DNA of 63,891 bases, counting the filler, from Nemertoderma westbladi (taxonomy: Eukaryota > Animalia > Xenacoelomorpha): assembly GCA_032718475.1 (NCBI GenBank). It is 3 parts of 3 records of this genome, joined end to end, with 100 filler letters (N's around TTAATTAATTAA, not from the genome) between each part and the next. Parts side by side here need not be neighbours in the genome. Positions count along the whole stretch, not along the records: positions 1 to 30,283 come from JAUCBJ010004279.1; 2 more parts are not named here. One strand, 5' to 3'. Under the pieces are notes generated by a model. The model was not told the origin of the DNA, ran no database searches, and saw only the letters and a list, made by a program, of their open reading frames with translations. Below are positions 1 to 12,495 of this stretch, piece by piece (position 1 is the first letter of the stretch; each line of letters starts with the position of its first letter). The position numbers and the translations under genes were made by a program.

Positions 1-345
1 TGATAAATATCAATCATGCTCCTCGGATTATGCAGTATATACAATGGACATGCAAATGATGGTTATGATGGTGATGGTAATAGCAAGTGATGCCCAAGGA
101 CATGAAGGAGTTGATAATCCTGATTCAATTGAAACTAATATTCCACTACTGGTAAGTGATGATATAAGAGTGACTGAAACAGAGACAGCCGATCAAGCAA
201 GTGGAGAGGTCCCACATGAGGAGATAATTACATAACCAGACAAGAAAAGACTACATACATCGACTCAATTTATTTTTATTTAAATTATTCATTAACAGCT
301 CAAATTATGATTTTATAAGCTGAAAGCAAAGATTAACTTCAGATT

Positions 346-2220
346 TTGAGAAGGAATAGTAAACGTAGGCCTATCATCACAATGAAGGATCTTGATTTTG
401 ATATGGATTCGCATATTCCGAAGGGAAGTGTTGTTCGTGAACTTTTAGCTGAACTATGCTCAACTGAAACTAGTGAAAATTTATACACCATGAATAAAAT
501 TTTCATGTTTGCATATATAATAATAAAATTCTTCTGTAGGTCGAAAATCCCAAATGCTATGTTGGACACTTACATATTAGGGAGTCTATGGTAATGAATT
601 CTATAGATTCGTCAAAGTTTGGTGACATGGTTAGAGCTGCCACTTCGCCTGCAGCATCTTACCCCTCTCAACTGACAATCATACAGGCATTTTCTGTAGA
701 TTTCCCTGAAGTGTTGCCATCTAAAGATATCTGTATTCTGATAGATAACTTTCAATTTGTAGCCCCCGCCTTTTCGTTTGTACCAATAAGCAAGGTTTGC
801 TCAGTCGCATACCTTGTCAGGATTAATTAATTGAAAGGCACCCATTTCAGTTCATTGACCTAATTGGATTGGATGTAGCCGAGCGAGTGGAGGTCTTTAT
901 TGAAATCCATAATATTAAATTCCGCGAAAATGAGAAATATGTTTATCAGCCAGGGAATTGAAAATTAATGTTGGTTCATAATCTATTATCTTCCTTTTGT
1001 GACGAAACATATACCATATTACATAAAACTGAAGCTATGCCCGTAGAATGCTTTGATTTAGACATTTACTCACCTCTTCCTGATGATCCAGGGAGCTATG
1101 AGGCTGTTAGAACAACCATTGAAAAGATTTTCAATATTTCGCAAATGGGCAAAGGTCGAGAGTCTCTTGGAATGGTCATGGATGGTGCTCCACTATCTCT
1201 ATTACACGATTTAATAGAAAAAGAGCACCCAGAATGGGCATCCAAACTACTGCTAAAGCCAAGCCGGGGGCATGTGGAACATACAATGCTAAAGACTGTT
1301 ACCAAATTTGTGTGGGATATTATTTTTAAAGAATTTGCCATTTTATCGGGTTTCACTACTGACAAAACCATCCAACATTTAAAAAAACAATCTGACCATC
1401 ATAAATCGTTTGAAAGTTTAGAGATTGTACTACATACATTATCTAGGGAGCTTCTAATGTACTTCACCTCCTCTACAGATAATTATTCAATTGAGAACCT
1501 GGATCAATTTGTATTGAACTGTCGTAATTCCAGGTAGGAACAAGTATTTCACTTTGTTTTCACCAGCTTGCTAGACATTAAACTTCTTTGTGTAGATGTT
1601 ACGAAGAATGATTCCAGTCTTATAATCACCGTGTTGATCAAAGCATCAAATAACAAGGAATGGATTATGTCCTTGAGGAACTCCATCAACTGATAAAGGC
1701 TCTTGTCCATTCGGGAATGCCTACAACGATGGATAAGTTGAGCCAGCTCTACGGTTCCCTAATGCCACTACATGAACTGAGGAAATCATTATTCCAGGTA
1801 TTGCCTATTCAAGATCCAAAGGATACTTATCAAACATTGGAACGATATAGTACAAAGTATTTAAAAATCATGACTGAATTGCCTGAGGGAACATCTACGA
1901 GAATTGGGAGTTTTAATCCAGTCAACCACTCTCCTTCAGGACTATCTGGTCAGTTATCCAGGCAGTTCCCTAATTGGTACAACACTGGCAGCTCCAAACT
2001 GAAGGAGAGTGTGATCCACTTACTGAATGCAGGGCCAACAATAACAACAATTGAGCGGTACAACGTTCTCCCTGTTACAATGTACGAAGAGGAAGTAAGG
2101 AAACACATTTCCAACTGGACCAAACGGGAAATAGTGACCAAAATTAATGAGTTAATAGACGAGCTTGATGTACCATTCAAATATATTTGTTCTAAAGTGA
2201 TGCAACGAGACCTAAAGTAG
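346..2220 (+). pseudogene. Fragmented coding remnant, probably transposon-derived (DUF6589-like/RNase H-fold uncharacterised protein)
   Basis: Run of same-strand ORFs (346-594, 588-830, 968-1537, 1660-2220) broken by stops and frameshifts, with no splice signals recognised. Motifs MDGAPL...LLLKPSRGHVEH...W...GF...SDHHKS recall uncharacterised TE-associated invertebrate proteins. Family call is from memory only. Confidence 0.4.
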
Positions 2221-3731
2221 TCGGACTGTATTAAAATCCTCAAGGAGTTATTATAATTATTAAAGATAATTATATAACGAAACTAAAAATATATACTGCG
2301 CAAACAAAAATTGCAACAATTAATTATGAAGTAATTATGAAGATAAAGATAAAATGCACTACACAACAGTGTAAATATAAAAGGCACTACGTTACAGTGT
2401 AAAGATAAAAGGTGCTACATTGTAAGAGGAAAGTAGTACAAGTAATGTAGGCTATTATTAGACTAATTATTATTATTACACAAAAGTATTATATATCATA
2501 TATTGCACAAGCGAAAGGCTAAATATATATAGAATTCATAATTCAAATTTAAGCACAGCATGTTAAGAAAGCAGTTTTGAAAGTTTAGAAAGGGTTAGAG
2601 AGTTTTAAAGAAATATATTCATTATAATATATTAATTGCGTTTATTGTTTGTTATTTCTCCCTTCGCGAATTTGCCGAATAACTTGCAGCTGTTTGTGTC
2701 TAGCTGCATATTAACATCTCGGGACCTTTGGTTAATAGCTGCTTTGAGGCTTCTTTGGGGACTGCCGGGCCGGCTAGCTATCTCAATATATTGATCTAAT
2801 GGACATGCTTAATATATCAATATATTGAGAGAGCAGACATGCTCACAGACATGTACGACATCTGCTATTTTGAATTCAAGTCATCATTATTGAGTACCTA
2901 TCCAAAACAACGCACCATTTGGCTGCCACCTCTTCCAATTAAGCCTGCCTGAGTGGTTATGTCAGCTTTCTAATAACGAATTGTGTGCTTTGAGAATCCA
3001 TAATTATGCCTCATTACAAGCCACATCACTTGTGCTCCAATCCACTTAAATGCTTGGCCATTGCTCAATTAAAAATTCATTCAAAGCTTTGGAATGAAGT
3101 TTGATTATGAGGTATCGCTCCCAGTAGCTGTAAAGAACTCCCCAGTATTGCTGGGTCCTATTGGAAATGGCAAGATGATACAAATTGAAAAATCCCCTAG
3201 TGCATTTAGAAATACTAAAAACCATGTCTCCTAGCAGGAAGAATGTAGCAGCGACTGTGACTTTCAGCTGATAGTCTGTATAAAGCTGAATATGAAATGA
3301 ACTACAGGATCCAATCAATCAATATGAACCTTTATTTGTCTTCATTATTGTCATATGTATCATTATTGTCTTTGGCTTTCCTCACATTGTTTTGAACAAG
3401 GCCAAAAATACTAAATATACCAAATGTCTTCATTTTAAAAATATTTTTATTTCATATTATAGATTACAAATTAACATTTGGAAAAACCAATACATTTTTT
3501 ATTCAGCTTCTCAATTCAAAAGTAAAATTATTAAATACAATAATTTAATAATTAATAATACGCATAATAAACAATTCAAATTTACTTCATAATTTCAAAC
3601 ATGTATTTAAAGAATCAGTTCTTAAATCGCTACTTGTTAAAGATATAAAGACATTTAACTTGGAAAGGGGAAGATAAGAGTAAGTGAAGTTGAAATAAGT
3701 TTAATTTGGTACACAACAATCTCTCCAATTC

Positions 3732-4308
3732 CTACTTGCTCTCACTGTTATACTGTACCCAAAACGCGATCTCAAAAACCAGATAAATTGCCGGCAATAT
3801 GATCCGACAGATTCTGTTACAAGCCTGATATTGATGGGAAAATACAGTGTATTTATTAACTCTCATCATGTCACATATGCCCATAAAAAATAATGCCAAG
3901 GCAACCATACAAATGCAACATATATTATAAATTTCAGCATAAGACCATTCTGAAGCATCACCAGTAATTGTTATGACAGAAACAAGGAGATTACAAACCC
4001 CCAGCATTGATATCATGCAAATAGCTGCTCTTGCTGGAACTGATAATGGATCAATGAAGAAGGTCACCCAGCTCAGCATCACAAGAACCGCTGGCATTAA
4101 ATAGGTAATGAGCATCTTTGTATGAGATTGGCGGTGTAGCACAATAGTTATATTTAATTCTCGATTCCCATCAATTATAGTATTTGGATATAGAATATCT
4201 TCATATTTGTAACCTTGTAGAATAAATTCATTCAGATCGCCTTCCACTGGTAATAATCGTAAATATATTGGGGAATATGAGAAAGTGTAGATGGAATAGA
4301 AATGCAAC
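3732..4308 (-). CDS. Cys-loop ligand-gated ion channel, anion-selective type, exon 2 (end of ECD, M1-M4, stop)
   Basis: M1 YLMPAVLVMLSWVTFFID; PAR motif before M2 (VPARAAICMISML); M3; M4 NRICRIILPAIYLVFEIAFW. Acceptor ttttgcAG ends at 4309 and the phase matches exon 1 (AC|G, giving NCTLHFYS). Confidence 0.92.
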
Positions 4309-4769
4309 CTGCAAAATAATGAATTTTTAGATTACATATATCATTATAAGGAGTATTATTATTATCTATGGTCTTGGGAAGATGGAGAAATATTTAAGAA
4401 TATAATAAATATATAAAAAAAATTATAAAAAAATTACCTTGGTATTTTATAAAGTATGCTTGATATTGATTGACACAGTCTGTCTGATCTTGTCCGAGTC
4501 CTGATATGTAAGATTCAAAGGTTGCATACCTTCATGGATCTCACCATCGCCCTCTAATAATAAACAACTACTTTTCCATTACTACTACTGCTGTCTTTCC
4601 GGACGAATTCCGGTAATGAATTATCGCTATATCTGTATGTATATCCTAGAGCAAAAACCAAAGGCCATGGTTTTTTGTTAGATCACACAATCATTATTTC
4701 ATCACATCTCCCCCAGTTTGTATAAAAATTAATTATAAAACAGTTCAGTTTTCTGTCACTATGAGTTAC

Positions 4770-5016
4770 AAATCATGAACAAAAAACGTCTCAAAAAAGT
4801 GCCAAAAGTAGGGTTAAAATATGGTGCTATAACTCGAAAACTTCCCAATATTTTTGAAAACCGTTTTCACTATTACGAAAACAATATATTTTTAGGAAAA
4901 GTCATAAAATTTCAGATTCCACACAGCGTTTGTTTTGGAGTTGTAACGAAAAAACCACGGGGGGGGGGGGGGGGGAGGGTCGTCATATTGACCCCCTCTG
5001 GGTTTAATAGGGTTAA
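4770..5016. mobile_element. End of a non-autonomous DNA transposon/MITE, piggyBac-like terminus
   Basis: Ends in ...TTTAATAGGG followed by TTAA (5013-5016). The segment at about 4830-4920 is repeated with divergence at about 12400-12490, and the GGGG...ATTGACCCC motif recurs at about 11480-11500. Confidence 0.45.
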
Positions 5017-5789
5017 TATTGTCTGATTCTTTCTCTTTGTCTTCTATGGGCCATATATCTCTCAGTTTGTCACTCAGGGTTTATTTTCTTCGGACAGCAT
5101 TGTAAAACGTTCTGTATTAGGGTTGCCATGTTGTTAGGAGTAAGGTTTTTGGAGAGAGGGAGGGAAACTGGACGTAAATCCCATATTGGTGAATTAATAT
5201 CCCACCTCATTGTTAAATTCTCAATTTAGGGAAAGGAGCAGGTTACAATGGCATTTTATTTTAACCAAAATAAACACAACTAAACAGGTTACAGTTTTAT
5301 TTTTGAGAGTATTCAGCTGTTATTTGCATCCAATTTCCCCTGGAGAGGGATTAATTTTTATTGCGTCCAGTTTCTTCCCCATTTCGGATTTTGATGTCCT
5401 TTAGTGGTGGTAACAATCCTTGTAACATTGATGCCATTTGTTAGAGTTAATCCACTTTGGATTAAAGCATAGACGTTTACTGTGGTTGATATGTTGTTGA
5501 GTCTAGAAACAAAGGAAACTGGAGATGATTGCTGGGACAGTTTCCCATTGGTAGGAAATGGCAAAAGGAATAATTGGATAAGGGAGAGCAGTTCATTTGA
5601 ACAATTAGACCAATATTTCCAACATCACATTGTTTATTTCAGAAACACCAGTCCAATTGGGAGTGGGAGTGCGATTACCTCTTTTAAAAGTAAATCCACC
5701 ATCATTAAAATATCCTGTCAATGGATTTTGTAGGTAGTTGATAGGTAAAATGTTAGGTTCCTGAAGACAGGATATTAGGTTTTTACTAT

Positions 5790-7450
5790 TTGTATTAATA
5801 TGGGGTTATTTATTAGCACAATGTTCACCCAAATCCATGGGCAGTAATTCCGTAAGGACCCCCCTTTTGACAAACATGTACAAACTACGCCAATATTATC
5901 TGACAATTCAGATGACATAAATGAAGTGGAATAACGCGAGGAGCCACATAAAACATTACAATGATCTCAAGGACCTCCCGCCCAATGACCCAAACAGCAG
6001 AAGAAATTGAATAATTACAATATCAGAAACATGGCTTAAGCGCAATATATCTTCAAAATCAATAAACCCACCAGGATACAAAATTATCAGATTAGACCAC
6101 AAAAAGAATATTGGAGGAGGGGTTATTACATACCATGATTTATGATCTATGATTACATACCATCTGATATAAATTTTGAAATAAGAAACGATAATAATTG
6201 CAACACAAGGGCAAACAAACAATTTGAGTCCCTATGTATCGAGTTATCTAATTGGACTGTTCTACATACCTCCTAAGGCAAGCCAATTTTGGGTCATTCT
6301 ATCCGAGGAACTGGAAAATGCAACAAATACATCCACTAACATTCTCTTGAAGGGCGATTTCAATATTGATTATTCAGTGACAAAAAGTCTCATAAAAATA
6401 AAACCACAACATTTTACAAAAATGCACAATTTCAGGATCTGCTAGCAACATATAATTTACTTACATTAAAAATAGAATATCTCACCAGATAAAAAATTAT
6501 ATAAAGAATGTAACACATTCCCATCCGTATACACTGATCACGAATTCATAGTGTTAACTACACATCACAAAAATAACAAAAATGGTTCAAAAACACTACC
6601 GCTTTCACCCACCTCAATATCCTACCAAGAATATTAAAAACCTAAATGAAGCGATGAAATAAGGAACTACATATCAATGAAGCGAGAAAAATCAACAGGG
6701 CCGACTTATGCAATACAAATGATGTCAAGGAAGCATATAACATTTTTGATTATAATGTAGAAACATTATTCAACAAACACATTACAATAATAATGTAAAA
6801 GCATAAAAACTCAAAAACTAAAGAAAAAACAATAGCATCTTGGTGGACTGGACCCCAGAACTCTCAGATATTAACAATTATAACCTTTTATTGCATAATA
6901 AAATAATTATACAATCAACAAAAATAAAATATTTAGGCATAACATAACTATAGACAATAAACTGTCATGAAAAACTAAAATACACGAAACAGCACATAAA
7001 ATGTCAGCTGCTACATCAGTAATCCTAGAAAAAAAAGGACCACCAAATTAATGCTGAATAAAACCATAGTGCTACCCTAACACATTTACTGTAGTTCACT
7101 ATTTACATCATTCCACGATGTGCATGGGTACAAAAAATACCATTTAAATTGGAAAAAATCTAAAACTACGCATTACGACGACTGATATTTAACAAAACGA
7201 TAAGAGAAATAACAGGAACACAACTTTGATAAAATTATATATATATATAAAATATTTTATTATATATTATATATTATAAAATCATAAACAAACACACCAA
7301 AAAATCAAAATCTCAAAACTTAAAAAATGGAATCACAAAAACAAATTATTCCATGACAACTTATTTCAAAATAACTTTATATCCACTAATAATGACAGAT
7401 CAGCCATTACAGGACAATTCACCATAAGTTAAATGCTCCAGTATGAAATG
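5790..7450 (+). mobile_element. Highly decayed LINE (APE endonuclease remnants)
   Basis: Dispersed APE motifs on the + strand (ITISETWLK about 6013-6040, IGGGVITY about 6110, GLFYIPP, LLKGDFNID about 6345-6370), A-rich strand bias, many stops. Confidence 0.65.
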
Positions 7451-7848
7451 TGTGTGTGTGGACTGCCTTGCAATTATATGATTGAAATGAAATTTTTCTC
7501 GCTAATTTAATGTTATTTGTATGTGTAGAATAGATTTTGGACGTGAGTGAGTGAGTAGACTTCCCCTTAAATAATATGATCCGAATATTTTATTTTTTAA
7601 ATAAATAATTTAATAAATGACTAGGCCGGGTCTTAACAATTGCTCCACCTATATAATGTAAATGTTATTTATATTGTAATATATTATTTACAGTAGATAT
7701 GCCAGTAAATTCACGAATTAATTAAACCAATTTTGCCCATCAACTTTGGCCTCTTATATTATCAGTTATGTTATTTTCAGTTATGCACAGTGCATGTACA
7801 TGTTAACTGCCTTGAATCTGCATGCTGATTCAAGTTGTTTATATGTAA

Positions 7849-10137
7849 GACTCACGACTGTGTCTTCGATTGTGTAAGTGGGCCAGACCCGATGCGGAGC
7901 TAGCTGGTGCTCAGCCACAGAGGTCGTGTAACGAACATATCCTTACATTAAACCTACTTATAGACTATGCAAGGAAAAATAAGCAAAAGTTGTTCCTCAT
8001 ATTTGTAGACTTTTCAACCGCTTACGATAAAGTTAATCGCTTGAAGCTCTTCGAGCTATTGAAGTCGATGGGTTGTGGAGGCATCATGCTCCGGGCTCTT
8101 ATAGCACTCTATGGCTGCACTAAATGCATAATTGGGAATAGTTGCGTATTTGTAACCTCCCGCGGTGTCCTCCAGGGGGCGCCTGGAAGTTGTCCCTTAT
8201 TCACCCTCTACATAAATCCCTTATTACGCCGCCTAAAGCTGTGCCTTGATGACAGCTTCCTGAAGACCCTTCACGCTTTGCTTCTAATGGATGATTTAGT
8301 AATACTCGCACCCTCTCGGAACCACTGCTACGAGAAACTAGAAATCCTAAATGATTTTTGCATCGATTTTGATATGAAAATCAATGAAAAAAAAACGAAA
8401 TTTATAGTTATTTACGGCAACACACCCGACAAATCCGATTTTATACTCCGCACGACCGACGCTAGACTATTTGTCAAAAACTGTGAGAGTTACGTTTACC
8501 TCGGATACCCCGTATGCCAATCCGGCGGGGTGAACAATTGTGTCAAACAGCACGCGAAAGATAAGGAGAAACAAGTAGCCAAATTTCATGCATTCTTAGG
8601 AAAGCACACAGACAGCCCGATACAACTTAAGATGAAAGTCTTCCACGCTGCTGTTTTATCATCCATAATGTACAGTTGTGAGACTTGAATCGGTGCCAAT
8701 ATCACCCCCATCGCAAAACAGTATTTCTGTCTACTGAAGTCAGCCATCGGAGTCAGACAGCAGACATGTCACGACATCCTGCTTATTGAAACCGGCCTCT
8801 CATCTCCCGAAGATTTAGTCGCGAGCAAACAACAGAAGTTCCTTCGCTCTATAATGGCTCAACCCGATATCCACGCACCTCTAGTCCTCGCTATCAACCT
8901 GGCAAGAGATTCTGGAACCCCAATGGGGCGCGAGCTAGTCAAATTATTAAATCACACCCTGACAACAGACCGGAACAGACTCCTCTCAAAGGTGATTTCC
9001 AACACCGAATCCACACGAAGGCAGGTCTACAAGGAGATCAACCCCAGCCTGAATACATCAAATATATACTCAGCTAATTATGCCACGATTCATAAGGAGC
9101 ACCAAAGGAAAGCGTGGACTCGCTTCCGTCTCATGGCCACTCACCTAGCTGTTGAGACCGGAAGATGGTCGAGAATTCCTCCCGAACGTCGTATTTGTAA
9201 GTGCGGCGTGGTACAAACCGAAGCCCATGTAGTGACAACATGTCACTTGATTACCCCGTTACGAAACTCATACCCTCACCTAGATTACACTTCATTAGGC
9301 AGTTTCTTCGAATCGAATGACCGCGAATCTTCATTGGCCTTCTGCTACGAAGCCCTTCATGAACTAGAGCCTTAGTAATTCACCATACCTATGACACGTG
9401 CCTATTATCGGCAATAAAATTTTATCACTATAGACCTAACCATATTTACCTCTGATTGTGTTTATCACACACGTACGTATTTATTTATTTAATACTTTTA
9501 CCTATTGTACCTGCTGTACTAGTCATATCATTCGTGTCTCCATGCATAATCTATTATTACGATATTACTTAACAAGTTATTTCGAAATCGCTCCGGGCTT
9601 ATGAATTTTTGTTATTGCTAGATATTTTTGACACTACCTTAACTCGTTATTTCGTAATCGCTTGCTTACTGATTTTCGTTAGCGCTAAATTGTATATGAT
9701 ACTACTATATGCTATATGCTATAATACTATATGATGCTACTATGGTATTTCTAATAGGTTATTTTGTCATTCCACCAACTTATTGATTTTTGATATTGCT
9801 AATTATTGTATTTGAAACTCTACTGTATAATACGTCATTTTGTACTTGTTCCCGGCTTAGTTAAAGAGTTTGTTTGTTATATACTTAATTTGTGTACCAC
9901 TGACCTCTATGTTTACGCGTAGTTATTTATAGTTTTGTTTATATCGGTACTCATTCCGAATATAGTCATTTATTTAGTTTTTCCTTCTACAGTACTTTGA
10001 TTAAATGTATTATATTATCTATTCTGTCTGTTTCGTGTCACTTTAAACTGTATATTTTTTGCTGGACTTAATGGCTTTCCTGTGGCGTACTTTCAATATT
10101 ATTATTTACCCCATTTAGTCAATAAATAAATAAATAA
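7849..10137 (+). mobile_element. 5'-truncated non-LTR retrotransposon, RTE-X-like (RT plus C-terminal CCHC), antisense in the channel intron
   Basis: RT motifs FVDFSTAYDKV, GVLQG, LLLMDDL, YVYLG. ORFs 7870-8688 and 8854-9375 share one frame separated only by TGA at 8686-8688 (SCET*). C-terminal HLAVETGRW...CKC...EAHVVTTC; about 750-nt 3' UTR ending in (TAAA)n at 10121-10137. Confidence 0.88.
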
Positions 10138-10157
10138 GAAAAATTGAGAGTACTTAC

Positions 10158-10624
10158 GTGCAATTCAATCTGTCCTTTGGATAGTATTGAATGGTAGAAT
10201 CACAAACAATATTCAACTCTTTAAAATTTTCATTCATTACAGTGCCATCTTTATAGACAACGACAATTGGAGTCAAGACACTTTCACTTCTTCCAATAAC
10301 TCCTTTTGTAACTTCAAGGCGTGGTAACCATATCATTGTCAAATCATAATTTAACACTACTGTTTGATTGGAAACATTAACCAGTCTATTATCAAACCAT
10401 TTCGTAGTCATTGCAAACCCAATATGCATATGATTTCCTTCTAACATTGCAACATTGTAAATCCATAATTTGATGTCAATGGTATCTTTGGAGGTTATAA
10501 AATTTGGAGGTGCTTTGTTTGAATCATATTGTTTTCTCTCCAAAGCTGGTCGCAAAGAAACGTCTGAAGCAATACAGACAGCGATATAAAGGTTTAATAT
10601 ATAACTTGATGTAAGTGTAATCAT
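10158..10624 (-). CDS. Cys-loop ligand-gated ion channel, exon 1 (signal peptide and ECD through the Cys-loop)
   Basis: ATG at 10624 with hydrophobic leader; YDSNKAPP, WFDNRL, IWLPRL, VYKDGTV; Cys-loop C-x13-C (CDSTIQYYPKDRLNC); canonical donor GTAAGT starting at 10157. Confidence 0.92.
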
Positions 10625-10810
10625 TATTATGATCAAGCAAATATTTAAAATATTACTTTATAATGAACAATGTGTGTACATCTAAAAACAGTCCTTGAAA
10701 ACATCGAACCTAAATAAAACTTCGCGCACTATTATTACTTTCTACCACTAAAATAGTGGCAGAAAGTCTTTCTATACAGTGCTGATTGCGGCCATTTATT
10801 TCTATTTTTG

Positions 10811-11470
10811 AATGTTTTTCACCCGGGTGAAAAACATTTATCACCCAGGTAAAAAACATATATCACCCGGGTAAAAAACATTTATTACCTGGGTGAAAAA
10901 CATTTATCACCCGGGTGAAAAACATTTATAACCCAGGTGAAAAACATTTATCACCGGGGTGAAAAACATTTATCACCTGGGTAAAAAACATTTATCACCA
11001 GGGTGAAAAACATTTATCACCCGGGTGAAAACCATGTATTAGAACTCTGAACTCATATAGTTAGTTTCCTTATAAATAATATCAAAAGCTCATTTTGATC
11101 TAGATTCACTCTTGGTGAATTAATGTCTCGACCAATGTTACTAATCAATTAAGGGAAAGGATCAGGTTACAGTGGCATGTTATTTATTCCAGCCAAAACA
11201 ATATATGAAAGTCAATAGTTATACATATAAATATTTTTCACCCAGGTGATAATTGTTTTTTTCTGTTCATAAATGTTTTTCACCCAGGTGATAAATGTTT
11301 CTCACTAGGGTGATACATGTTTTTCTCCTGGGTGATAAATGTTTTTCACCAGGGTGATAAATGTTTATCTCCTGGGTGATAAATGTTTTTCACCCAGATG
11401 ATAAAATGTTTTTCACCCGGGTGATAAATGTTACTCACCTGCGTGATAAATGTTTTCCACCCGGGTGATG
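10811..11470. mobile_element. Foldback-like inverted-repeat element with arms built from 22-bp tandem units
   Basis: About 10 copies of TCACCCGGGTGAAAAACATTTA (10820-11035), a spacer of about 190 bp, then about 10 copies of the reverse complement (11230-11470). Confidence 0.7.
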
Positions 11471-11474
11471 AATG

Positions 11475-12495
11475 GGGTGGGGTGGGGGTATTGACCCCCG
11501 TGTAAAATCTACAAATTTTAATGAAAACGTCTGATTTTTGGTTAGTACGTAGATTTGATTAGTCTGAATCAGATCAAAATTAAAATTTTCGAAAAAATTT
11601 ACTGGGGTGGTTATTTTGCAGCATCAAAATTTCAAGTAGTGAACAATTATCTAAAAATTTGAAAGTTAAAAATTTAAGCTAATCTTTTTTCAATGCAGGT
11701 TTTCTTGGAAAATATTTAACAATGATCTGATTACTATAAATTTTTAAAGTTTAAATAAAAATAAAGTTTTAGTCCTCAACGTTGGCAAAAATGAAACCAA
11801 CAAGTAACCATCACTTTTCAGTTTGAACACAAAATTTTTAATAGACTTATATAATTCTATAAATTCACATTTTCAGGTTTTTCAGGTGCTGATTCTAATG
11901 GAATACATTTTTACTTTTTCAGATCATTGCTTTGTTTGAGAACTCTTATGCAAATTTTAAACCTCAATAAACCTCTAAAATGCGAGAAATAAGTTGTCAC
12001 AATAAAGTGATCTATTGAATGAATTTTCAAAATATTGTGCTGGCACCGAATTTTGCACACTGCACCGAAAAATACAAGTTTAATTAATATGCCTGGTGCA
12101 ACTCGTTTATATTCCATCGAAACCAGAACTCCAAAAAACCCCTATTGTGCAAAAAACAGGTTCAAACAATGAATTTACAAAATTACAAAAATTAAAAATA
12201 TGGTGTTGTCACCAAAATTTGGCACCCGCCAAAAAAACAAGTATGAAATTTCTAGCTTAGGAATTCCATCTAATTGCAAATACCAAAAAAAGAATGGTGT
12301 AAATAAAAAATAGAGATGTTACAAATCACATTTCATGAAATGTAATTTTCAAAAAAATGTCTAAATAAAGTGCCATTAATTAGGGTTAAAAATGATACTA
12401 TTCCTCGAAAACTTCCCAATATTTTTAAAAACCGTTTTCATTATTAGGAAGACAATCGATTTTTAGGAAAGGACAGACAATTTCAGAATCTCCGA
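11475..12495. repeat. AT-rich interspersed repeat related to the 4770-5016 element
   Basis: Shares CTCGAAAACTTCCCAATATTTTT.AAAACCGTTTTCA.TATTA and the GGGG..ATTGACCCC motif with the copy at about 4.8-5.0 kb. Boundaries approximate. Confidence 0.45.

Noticed and set aside
8686-8688. TGA at a conserved Trp position as evidence of an alternative genetic code or readthrough
   Set aside because: A single TGG-to-TGA change in a truncated TE; other genes in the window use TGG for Trp.
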